NCBI RefSeq assembly: GCF_009914755.1
Contig: NC_060944.1
Origin: the human T2T-CHM13v2.0 reference genome, Homo sapiens
Strand: one strand, 5' to 3'
Length of the DNA stretch: 64,000 nt
Below are positions 1 through 13,962 of the stretch, in pieces. The notes under the pieces were generated by a model. That model was not told the origin of the DNA, did no database searches, and saw nothing but the letters and a program-made list of their open reading frames with translations. Within the stretch, counting starts at the first letter, position 1, and each line of letters begins with the position of its first letter. A program made the position numbers and the translations under genes.

Positions 1-446
1 GGAAGCCAAAAGATTAGACACCCTTGCCTTAGGTCGCTTATCTTCATAGCCACATAATCAAACAAGCTCCTTTGTTTCCATTTTGCAGATGTGGAAAACA
101 GGCTCAGAACTAAATGGCTCAAGATGACATACTGCTTGCTAGTCACAATACAGAGGTGACTTAAATACTATTTAACAGCACTAAAATTAGTGGCCCAATT
201 CATAATCGTTTCTTCTAGAGCGGAGTTTCTCCCCTCTGTGGGAGAAACTTTTTTATTTTGCCCCTCTATGGAGGCTTTTAAGTTATTTTTCCCTAATAGC
301 TCCCCACTTATAAAGTTCTAATATCACAAACATATTATATACATTTATCTCCTTTGGAAGGCCACAAACCACTGTACTATCAATAAAACGTTTTCATCCC
401 ATTGGTGAAAATATCACTTGATTGAAAATGCATGTTCTATTTAACA

Positions 447-838
447 CAGGCATTTTTAAACAGGGGGTCTATGAAATTAGATAAGAAAAAAATACTAATT
501 TTCACTAAGCTGAACTAAAATTCAACCTTTCTTTCAATGATGAATATAAGCAACATACCACAGTGGTATTAATAGAACTTGTGACTTTGTCATCAGTGGA
601 GACCACAGATATTTTCATATAGTGTTACAAGTTGTTATGACTTGGAAATTCTTGTTATCTGACAGGCTACTAGATCTTGTTATTTATTGTATTAATAAAG
701 TAGCTGATATTACTAAGTTAAAAATGTTTTCATTTTTGATGACTGTATTTCAATGCAATTTATTTCCTTGGTCATCTATGTATTTTATACACTATGTTGA
801 GAAGGGATCTATGGCACAAAAAAGGTTAAGCTCCCTCC
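447..838 (+). mobile_element. MER113-like hAT-Charlie DNA transposon relic
   Basis: Diagnostic stretches such as cttgtgactttgtca, cacagatattttcata, ctagatcttgttattt and terminal tggcacaaaaaaggttaag. Confidence 0.7.
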
Positions 839-2689
839 CCTAGAAGGATCCAGCAGTTCCCAGAGTGATTTACAGCCTGAATACCAGCTTGCCTTTGCTG
901 TATACACAAGCTTGCCTCTTCTGTAGCCTCCACCAGCAACATCCCACTTGACTCTTAAAACAGCAGCAGCTCTGTTTGCTTGTGCAGTAAAAAGTGCTTC
1001 TACATCCAGGCCACCACTGGTAAATACCGCAACTGTATTTGCCAAGGAGTAAGAAGATTCTGTTATGAACAATTGCTGGGCATGCTTAAGTTAACCAAAA
1101 AGGAAAAAAAAAAAGCAAAGTTCAGAGGGATTACACAGCAACTAGTTCTTCCATTTCTCCACCCCACCCCCACCCCGAATTTTAGGAATGTTATCTTGCA
1201 GCATCTAGTTATCCAATAAGTTGGAAGAATGCAGTAAACCCAGCAGGGGTCTTAGATTCAATCACTGCCAAATGGATAGAAAATACTCTTACTATTGTAT
1301 AGGAAGAAAGTTCATCTACTAGTGGCCAATCAAATTCTGGAGACACTGAAATGCTTAAAAAGTAAAACCTGTATATCTTGATAAAAGCATTATGACTCAA
1401 GCTTATCTTTTTTTCATTCCTACATTTAAAGAACGACAATGAGTAGATTATCTAAAGCACACAACATCTTCTACCCTCCCCCAACCCCAGGATAATTGCT
1501 TACCAAAAAACAAAAGGAAATTATGTGCCTTCTTAAGTATTTAACCAGTTGAAAGAAAACTGCCTCTTTAGCAGCTTAATTTTAGCAGTCAAAAAGCCTT
1601 CAACTCAATTCATAGAAGGCAGATAAGACTTTAAGTTTCCACCTAATTAAGATCTAAAAAAGGCAAAGTTTCAAACAGCCTTGAACCAAAATTCGGGGAT
1701 GCTGCTGGAGAGGAAAAAAAGAGTAAATGGCTCAAAGAAAGTTTCACAGGCGCTAAGGCGTGTGACTTCTGTTTGCTTCCAAGGTTAGGGAAGTGTCCCA
1801 CTCGTCCCCAACTAGAGATCAGGCAAGTTTGCAAACTCCATGAGGGCAGGGGTTTTTGTCGCCTGTCTCCAGAGCCCCCCTGAACAAATCCTGACACAGA
1901 CATACAATTTGTTGGGGCGGGGGTGGGGGGGGATTGTGGTGACTGGCGATGCAGTTCTTATCTGGATTTAGTGGCTTTTAAAAATGTTTAGACATTTTAA
2001 AAAATAGTCAAAAGTACTGTAGGCTAAAGGTGATGAGGAAGGGACAACTTCTGGAACTCTTTTCGCCATCAATTTTTCCAGGGTAGTACAACCCAGAGAA
2101 GCCGACCAAACTCCAACATTGTTTTATTTCTGGGACCTCTTCATCTAAACCGTGTGAAGGCACATCCCAACATTTAAGATGGCAGAGGAGAGGCCACCAA
2201 ACCCAACCAGCCAAGCACCAATCACGGCTCCCTTGTCGAAGATGCCAAAAAGAACATCTCATCACATCACCAACTGACCTAAGGTTATTTTTAAAAAACC
2301 AATAAAAACAAAACAAAACAAAACAAAACAAAACAAAAAAAACAGTTCCTTGGGCTCTGGGGCGAGGCAGGACAAGACACCATGGGCCATCAAGCAGGGC
2401 AAGGCACCACGGGCAAAGCCATTTCAAACAGGTGCTGCAATTTAAAATGAGTAAAAACATGACTATCACTTTTGGTCTTTAATATCTTGAATTAAAGATA
2501 GCGCACTCGAGTCCCCAGCCTGGTGTCTGGCAGGCAGCACACTGCCATTTCTGCTAGATTGCCTCAACTGGCAGCTCAACACCATCTTGACACAATAAAC
2601 ACAAATAAAAACATTTTGGTATTTTGAACAAAATTAAGACTGATCACATTCCCAATTCATAGTAGCCCTTCTATAGTTGAAATTATCTA

Positions 2690-2850
2690 AACAGGGCATT
2701 TTATCACTGCTATATAGAGGAGGAACCCAAAAACTCAGAAAAAACAAAAAAACAGAAAACGCCACCAAGCTGGCTTCAAGGTTACACAGCTGAAAGTCAC
2801 ACAGCCACAGTGGAACGCGGATCCCATTCTAAAACCTGACTTCCCAGGCA
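2690..2850. mobile_element. MIR fragment
   Basis: MIR core-like atagaggagga...caaggttacacagctg. Confidence 0.5.
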
Positions 2851-3782
2851 TCAACCTAACACTTCACATTTTAAAAAAGGAAATGCTAACTGCCTTCTGC
2901 CTCCCAAGATGGTTCCCCAACCCACAGCCCAGGAGGAAGCTCACTAACAGCAGCACGAATGACAAAGTATCATTTGCTTCTGCACTGCACATTTTTATTC
3001 AACAAAAGGAGCTGTTTGGCAAATTGTAGCTTCTCTCCCTATGGGAAACCCACATGAAGTCTAACGTAGAAAGTTGACCTGAAACGTTAACTAACGTCAA
3101 AATCCTTCTAAGCCAGCGTAGGTCATTTTGGTGAGTAATTGGAAATAGGAAGTTATTCGAAACTTGGGAATCCTAATCGTTGATGTTTGTAATCCAGTTT
3201 AGCACAAAGGGCATTTGAAACTCTTTTGAGAAAATGCTAATTTTTCCTGTATGTAGTGTTAGCCCTGCGACCACCTGCAGATTTTTTGATCTGCTAATTG
3301 ATCGCCAGACGTCATTTTCCTCCCTCAAAAACTGCATTCTCGAATGGCTTTGCAAAATAAGACCAGCTCAATCTGCATTCTAAAAAATTATGTGAGACAT
3401 ATACATACATCTAAGTTAGATATGTATGTCTACATTATATACCTAACACATATAATTTTAGGCAGCTCAAATGCAAACAACCCAAACGCAGCCATTAAAA
3501 ACGCACTGCTTGGGAAAACAACCTTCTCTCCCAAGGAGGCAATTGGAGGCTCTGCAAACACATTCTAGCCGCCAGGAGTTATTACCAAGAATTCCACACT
3601 TGGCAAAGAACAGCGGGCACAGACGACGATCAAGCAGGCGACCGGCACGAATCCCCTAGGGTACCCATCCTTGGCCCAGCCCAGCACTCTCCATTCACCC
3701 CCACAACCCGTCCCACCCACCAGGTGTGAGCCAGTACCTGCGAAGGGACCCCGCCTCCCAGCAAAGGGCTAGGCTTCAAGCT

Positions 3783-3801
3783 GGGCCTCCAGGGGGCGCC
3801 C
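3783..3801 (+). promoter_or_regulatory. CTCF-like motif at the intronic edge of the CpG island
   Basis: GGGCCTCCAGGGGGCGCCC matches 15/19 of the TGGCCACCAGGGGGCGCTA consensus. Confidence 0.55.
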
Positions 3802-5735
3802 GCGCGCAAGCCGGGTGGGCTGTCCGCGACAACCCTGGTGATCAATAGCCAACTCCCCTCCCTCCCAAATCGCAGTGGCAGCGCACGGCCAGGCCCGAGG
3901 TTTTAGCTCAGCTCAGGTTGACTCTGATTCCAAACTCCAACCATCGTTAATTTCAGAAGCCCTCTCGTAACAAGCTTCCCTCCCGAAAGGTGCCAAACAC
4001 CACCAAAAGCCCCACGTGTGTGCGCCCACCCAAAATGAAGGGGGAAGGGGAGGTCAGCGTAGGACCAGGGGAGGGGTCAGAACCAGGAGCTCGCCCCTCC
4101 TCTCCGGAGGAAGCAGGCGGGCTGAGGGTTAACCCTTTTGTTCCAGGTGGGCCAGGCCACGAAGCCTTCACGCTCCCCTCAACCCCCACCCCACCCCGCC
4201 CCCAACCAAGGCACAAAGAGAGTCCCTCCAGGCGCCTGGGACCTCGGGTGCGCGCTGCGCTGACCACCCGGCGCCCCGAAAACGCCCAGCCATCCCCTCC
4301 GTCAAGCCGATCCTTTTAATTTGCCCTGGAAAAATGTTAAACGGGGAATTCTATTGACGTATTATAAACTTGGGAAATGTATTACATTCAGTCTCCGACA
4401 AAAAGGCGGGGATACGGAAGCCAAAAAGTGGCGACCGTCTTCTCGGGAAACCCCGGGTATCAGAGATGGTCTCTGAGAGTCCTCCGGGGTTGCCGCGCAC
4501 ACCCGTCTGCTGCAGGGAAATTAGAAAGCAGGCGGGGAGCGGAGCGACGAACAAGGCCGGAGAGGAGGCTACAAATCCCCCCTCCCCCCACGCGCACGCT
4601 AAAAACTTATCAGGCGACAATTTGGCGGGCCGGGATGGAGACGAGATAGTGGAAAACCGCCTCGCTCCTAAAACCTCCGCGGTGAAGTGATGAAGTGGGA
4701 ACAGAGTTGGCCCCGCCGTTCCTGGCGCGGCTGGGGTCCCGAACTCCCCTCGATCTGGGAAACGCTGGCCGCGGAAGCGTGGGCCAGGTCAGCCGCGGGA
4801 GTTCGCTCTGGCCCCCCACCTCTCCCCTTTCACACCCAAGCGCAAATGTGGAAAGCCGAGCGCTCCAGAAAAGCCACGCAAAACGGGAGGCCGGTGCACC
4901 CCAGTGGGGCTGCCGCGCGCCCGCCACCCCGGCCACTGGGGGCTCGCACCCTCGGGCTTGCCGCGGTTATTTTTAGGAAGTCGGAAATCAAAGATGGCTG
5001 GAGGTCAGGCCCCGAAAGGTTAGGGCGAAGATCGGCAGGCGGCGCAGCCCGGGCAGAAAAGGCGAAATCCAGAAAAGAAAAAAATTTTAAAGGGAAACAT
5101 TGAGCCCTCCTCCCCCACCTCTCTGGGCCCTCCAATCCCCTGCGCAGCGCGGGTGGCCCGCACCCCAGCTCCTGAGGGTGGGGAGAGGTCGCGCCCCCTC
5201 CCCCCACTTGGCCCGGGAGGGGCGCGTGCAACAGATCGTCCTCCTCCGGGGGGTCTTCCAGGGGTGCGCCCCTCCTCCAGCCTCCAAGAAAAGCCCCAAG
5301 GGGCTGGTGGAGAGGGTGGGGATCCCCCGGGGTTCTTTCTTTTGAGAGCGACGCGAGGGAGGGGGACCTAAGTTACAAGGGGGGGGTAACACCAGTGAGG
5401 GGAGTGGAACCAATTAAGTGAGGGGCAGAGGACAAGGAGAAGGGAACCTTTCGGGAGCGAGAACAGAGGAGCGAGTGGGGGTCAATTTTACAATTAGGGG
5501 AGAAAGCTGGGGGTGAAACTTACACAAGAGGGGAGAAGAGGAAAAAAGTGTGAAATGTGCAAAAGGCGGGGTGGTGGGGAGAGGAGGAGACCTCTCCTCC
5601 CGGGCACTGAGCCCCCAAATCTCGGCTCCTGAATTTGCGCTGGACGCCGCCCGCTCCCCGAAGCCTGCGCCCTCGAGGATCCCGCGTACGTCCGGGAAGC
5701 TCCCCTCCCCGGGCGGGCGCCCCAGCCCCACTCAC

Positions 5736-5865
5736 CCAGCTCCCCCGCCGCGGGCGCCGCTGGGGCCGCATCTGCAAACTCCGGGGTCTGCTGCTGCGGC
5801 TGCTGCTCGCCCTGGTCCTCCTCCGAGTTGATGTGCTGGGGTTTCGCCTGCTTGCGCCTCGACAT
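5736..5865 (-). CDS. SALL4: SALL4 (Sal-like protein 4) coding exon 1, codons 1-43 plus first base of Gly44; encodes the N-terminal NuRD-binding motif
   Basis: Translation MSRRKQAKPQHINSEEDQGEQQPQQQTPEFADAAPAAPAAGELG matches the human SALL4 N-terminus. ATG at 5865 is in a gcaccATGt context. The canonical donor TGG|GTGAGT follows 5736, giving 130 coding nt (phase 1). Confidence 0.98.
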
Positions 5866-5970
5866 GGTGCGAGCATCGGGGCGCCGGGAGAGCCGCAGTT
5901 ATTTGCCCTCTCCGCCACAAATTCCTGGAGTTGGGAAATTTACCCCCCTTCGGCCGGAACGCGCATGTCC
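5866..5970 (-). other. SALL4: SALL4 5' UTR / transcription start region (exact TSS approximate)
   Basis: Lies between the ATG and the AT-rich/CCAAT core promoter. The TSS is inferred, not visible in sequence. Confidence 0.7.
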
Positions 5971-5973
5971 CAG

Positions 5974-6200
5974 TAATTATTATTATCAATAATGCATTGC
6001 GATTTATCATGAGCCCTGACAGCTGATTGGCCTGGGTCCAAGACCTCAGAGATCATTTAAATAAGCCCTCATTGATCAGGGAGGGGTGAGGCATTCTGGG
6101 CTTTGTAGTCCGGGCCTACTTGTGACAAAGGCGTGTTCATCAGGGGAGCGCAGCTAATTAGCATCCGGGCTCAGATTGGCTGGGGCGGGGACGAAATCAG
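5974..6200 (-). promoter_or_regulatory. SALL4 proximal promoter: CCAAT boxes, GC box, octamer variant, TCF/SOX-type sites
   Basis: Minus-strand CCAAT at 6026-6030 (GGCCAATCAG) and 6175-6179. GGGGCGGGG at 6182-6190. ATGCTAAT (minus) at 6157-6164. CTTTGT near 6102 and ACAAAG at 6125-6130. TGACAG at 6017-6022. Confidence 0.75.
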
Positions 6201-7869
6201 AGGGGGACCCATCCTTGCTCCAGCTATCTCAGTCCTTGGAGAGGAAAAGAAAATGGGGAGAAATGCGTACTCATTAAAAAGTAGGAGCTTACGTAGAAGT
6301 TTTGGAACGGCTTTATTTGGTAGTTACTTGCTCCAAAGATTACTTGGTAAGGTTGATGTCCACCAGCCGAGAAGGGAGATCTCTTCACAGTGGAATATTT
6401 TGGCTCAGTTTTCACATCTACACGCACACACATTCCCCCAAACCTGAGATGTGACCCGTGTCCCCTCCCATCTTTTTGATTAAAAATGTTTAAGTTGAGT
6501 CTCGAGATAACTGAAGAATGATGAATGGTGGTGTTTTCAGCCCTCCCACCCATCTCAACTCTTAAAGTGAGCTCGGAACTTCCAAAATTTCAGATACCCC
6601 ACCACCACCATGACTTACCTCCTTTAAAAGCTGATTAATAGCCTCCAGGATTCCTGTTCACAAAGACTGGTTTGTGGTTACAATGCAAACCTTGATTTTT
6701 TTTTAACTTCAAAATGACTGGCTACTAAATATAGAAATGGCAAATGATAAGCAAGCATAGTCAGAGATAATATCAAAACAGCAAGCAATTGCATTTTTTT
6801 CCCCAGGAGCCATAAATGCCTGATAACATCATATTTTATTACTGAGACAATGCTCTTGCATCTCCCATGGAATGGCAATGGGGCACTGTCACAGTATCTG
6901 GTTGTTACTAATCACTATTGGAATTTTTTTGTGCAATACACACATTATTACAGAAAAGGTGTATCGTTCAAAGTGATTGTATCATTGACACATGATGCCT
7001 GGAATTTTTTAAAGTGGGGCTTGTGTGTGTGTATATGATATATTACATGTATACACATTTATACCGTAAATTCATGTATACTTAATTTGGCTAACTGCTT
7101 TACACAATGTACATGCTCAATAAATGTTAAATGAATGATGAAATCATCAACCTGCTAAGTCTTTGATTGGTCTTTCCATAACTGCTCTGGGCATGCGTCT
7201 TTGTTTGGCATTTACTTCATTGTAAGGGACTGTGCAGATATAAACCCTCCCTCCACATTTGTGCATTGCATTCTCTTGATTAGTTATTCATCACGTTCCC
7301 AGCTTGTAAACTCATCAGGAATACAAGCAAAATGGAATGCTGGGCTCATCAATGTGTTCACCTGGGTATTTGGACAACCCAAGGCAGAAAATAAATCAGC
7401 TTGATCATCTTTTTTATATTCGTGGCCATCAGTAAAAACTTGTTGAAGGAAGATTAACCTTCAATTTTTGAGTCTCTGAAAAAGTCTTGCCTTATTTTAT
7501 GTATAATATTTAAAGCAAGTAAGACAGAATTATAGCCAACAGCCAGATTGAAAAGGTAAGAATTTGGTTTAATAATACATAGAAGCAGTTTAGAATTCTG
7601 ATACTGAGTAAAAAGGCCAATTAGCACCTGCCTTGCTGACTAATCTACTAATATTCTCAACACCTTTTCTGTGTAAGATAGTGTGGCAGGAGATCTAACT
7701 TACAAATCTAAACGAATGTGCAGTGGGTTTATGGCTCAAAAAATACTATTGGGTTAAGGAAAATTTCATTTATATAGTTGTTTATATTTATTTTAGTAGA
7801 TGATAGTTGTAACATGTTAGCCTTACTACGAGACAAAATTGTGCCGCTTGACTCTCCAAGTGATAGTAA

Positions 7870-8090
7870 TAATAATAATTGATTGAGCCCCTTGTACATG
7901 CCACAGACTGCATTAAATGAATGCACACCGCCTTGTTTTATCTTCCCATGGAGGTTGGCCCTATTGTCCTCTCCATTTTGAAACTGAGGCTCAAAGACAT
8001 GAAGTGACTTAATTAGAAACTGGCTGAGCTGGTGGTCAGTTTCTAAGCCGGTGGTCAGTTTCTAAGTCTGACTCCAAAATTCTATCACAT
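7870..8090. mobile_element. MIR fragment
   Basis: ccattttgaaactgaggctcaaagacatgaagtgactt...tctgactccaaa, the MIR core. Confidence 0.65.
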
Positions 8091-8424
8091 CCTAATACCT
8101 GTCTTCCAACTATAGCTGAATATAGAGAAGATAGCTAAAGAAGAAAAATCGGAGTACAGTAAACTAAATTTAAAGTGTCCTAGAAAAATCTTGGGTCTTC
8201 AGAAATCACTCCAACAGATGAAGTCAAGAAGTTTCCCTCAAATGGAAACCTTCCACAAATGTCATATCAAGAAAAGCAGGACACAGTACATGTTTTGAAT
8301 CTACCCCCAGTTTAACAGCTGCAGCCAGGAGCCAGTTGGTGGAAAATAAAGTAAGTCCTAGAGCAAAGCAGGGGATGAACGGAGGGCATAGCAACAGGCA
8401 AGTCCGTAATCAAAAGTTGTTTCA

Positions 8425-8727
8425 GGCTGAGCACAGTGTCTCACGCCTGTAATCCCAGCACTCTGGGAGGCCAAGACTGGCGGGTCACCAGAGGTCAGGA
8501 GTTCGAGACTAGCCTGGCCAACACGGTAAAACTCCATCTCTACTAAAAATACAAAAATTAGCTGGTTGTGGTGGCGCATGCCTGTAATCCCAGCTACTCA
8601 GGAGCCTGACGGAGGAGAATCACTTGAATCCAGGAGGCGGTGGTTGCAGTGAGCCAAGATCTAGCTACTGCACTCCAACCTGGGCGACAGAGTGAGACTC
8701 TGTCTCATGAAAAAACAACAACAAAAA
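8425..8727 (+). mobile_element. AluS, the first Alu upstream of the SALL4 promoter
   Basis: Full dimeric Alu with A-rich linker and tail; approximate TSD aaaagtt(g/a)ttt. Confidence 0.93.
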
Positions 8728-8836
8728 AGTTATTTATTAAACCAAAGGACCTGGTTGGGACCCAAGCTTGAAAAGAAAATGTTCAGAGTAAAGGATGATA
8801 TTAAACTTTTTCATGTTAACGTCCTTTGTTAGGTGA

Positions 8837-9315
<479 letters not shown>

Positions 9316-9864
9316 TATTTCTACTTCATTTATGGAAAAACAGAAGCTCATTGCTCCCATCAGCTCCTAGCGAGTACTAACGAATGCATGCCAAATTATG
9401 GATTCAGTAACTTTGCACAGGTCTCAGTGGAAGGCAGATCTTTCCCTGAAAACCCCACCTCTGCTCTTTTCTACAAGGAATCGTCTTCCTTTCCACTGCT
9501 TGCCTCTCTTCACCTGGCCCACTCCTAAAAAGCCTATAATCTCTTCAAATTTCCCTTCCTTAAACCAGCCTTCCCTCTTCCAAACTAGGTCTCATTTATT
9601 AGTTCTCTCAGGCTTCAAGAAACCATATCTTTCTTTTTATAGCGCACTTCAAAATATATAATGACAGACTTTCTCATGTATCTGTTTATTGCTTATTTCT
9701 CACACTGCAGGCTCCGTGAGGGTAGACACCGTCATCACGGTGTCCTTAGCACTTAGCCACAGTAATGGAACACAGAAGTCACAACAAATAAATAGCGATG
9801 GACTCAATCCATGCTGAGTAACTTTAGAGGCCTGAATATGAAATGAAGTGTTAAAGGCAATATA

Positions 9865-11410
<1,546 letters not shown>

Positions 11411-12134
11411 AATGGTTTTTAGGAAGACAATTACATACTTGGCTATCCCTGTCATTGAAAGGACCACAGTTATGTGTGTGTTTTTTTCTGTGTGGGATTC
11501 CCAGCATCTTAAGCTCGAAATGACTAAAGTAGCGAGGTTGAGTCCCATAAATCATGATCTGCCACTGCAAAAGTATTGCCCCTTTGGACCTCTGTTTATT
11601 CATGCCAGGAAGCAAAGTCGACTGACTTGGTAACCACAGCTGCTTCAATTTGGGAAATGTAAGGGTTGGATTTGGGAAGTATCTTAACATGGACCAACGT
11701 CTTAGAGTCTATGGACTTTTATGTATCATAGTACATTTGATATCTGCCTACCCCAAATGGAAGGCTTGATGTCTGGAAGGCACTCTTCAAATTCTAGAGA
11801 TTTAGAAGTTAAGCTAAAATTGCCTCCAAAATCATGCTTGTAATTCAATGGGACTGTTTTATTATGGGGCCAAATGTCCACTTTTCTGAGTGTCCTGGCC
11901 CAGAGCCCTTCTGCTGGGACGATTTATGTTCGCAAAGTTGGCTAATTGCAATAATCACCACTTAACTGATGATATTTCCCCCATTTTAATATCTCTCTGC
12001 TTGTTGCCATTTCATCAATTCCAAATTGGTATTGAACAATTTCTAGCTCCAATTAGTCTTCTTAGTTGCAGCTGATGTATTGAAGCCTACAACTGTGTAT
12101 TCAAAAAAAAAAAAAAAAAGGTAAAAATATTCCA

Positions 12135-13663
<1,529 letters not shown>

Positions 13664-13761
13664 TCAGTCGCTTGAAACTCATGCTAGTCCAAGCATGCAG
13701 TCTTTCGGTCAATCTCAGGCACACACATACAGTCGAGAATGTTGGTTCTCTAAGTCCACAG

Positions 13762-13962
13762 CAGCAGTTCTTAATGGGAACAATGTGCCTTTTCCCCCAC
13801 CAGGGGACATTTGGCAATGTCTAGAGACATTTTCGGTTGTCACTACTGTCTAGTAGGTAGAGGCCCGGGGTCATGCTTAAGATCCTACAATGCCCAGGAT
13901 AACCTCCACAACAAAGGAATAGCTGACCCAAAAGGTCAACGGTGCCAGAGATGAGAAACGAG
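13762..13962 (+). mobile_element. MER20 (hAT-Charlie)
   Basis: caggggacatttggcaatgtctagagacatttt...cctacaatgcccagga...acaacaaag, the MER20 hallmarks. Confidence 0.85.

Larger units (their letters stand above)
1..5735 (-). other. SALL4: SALL4 intron 1 (5' part; exon 2 lies beyond the window start)
   Basis: Begins at the GT donor 5735-5734. No continuation of the SALL4 protein or zinc-finger coding is seen in 1-5735. Confidence 0.93.
3750..6200. promoter_or_regulatory. CpG island spanning SALL4 promoter, exon 1 and about 2 kb of intron 1
   Basis: High GC and dense CpG (gcgcccgcgcgc, ccgcgg, gcgcgc), no SINE/LINE insertions. Confidence 0.9.

Noticed and set aside
3953-5731. Overlapping 90-140 aa ORFs in the CpG island
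   Set aside because: GC-rich DNA is depleted of stop codons; no recognisable domains or exon structure.
5494-5735. Continuation of the SALL4 ORF past the donor (EWGWGARPG...)
   Set aside because: Intronic read-through; it does not match SALL4 beyond Gly44.
8031-8068. 19-bp tandem repeat ggtggtcagtttctaag(c/t)c
   Set aside because: Ordinary slippage duplication inside a MIR.
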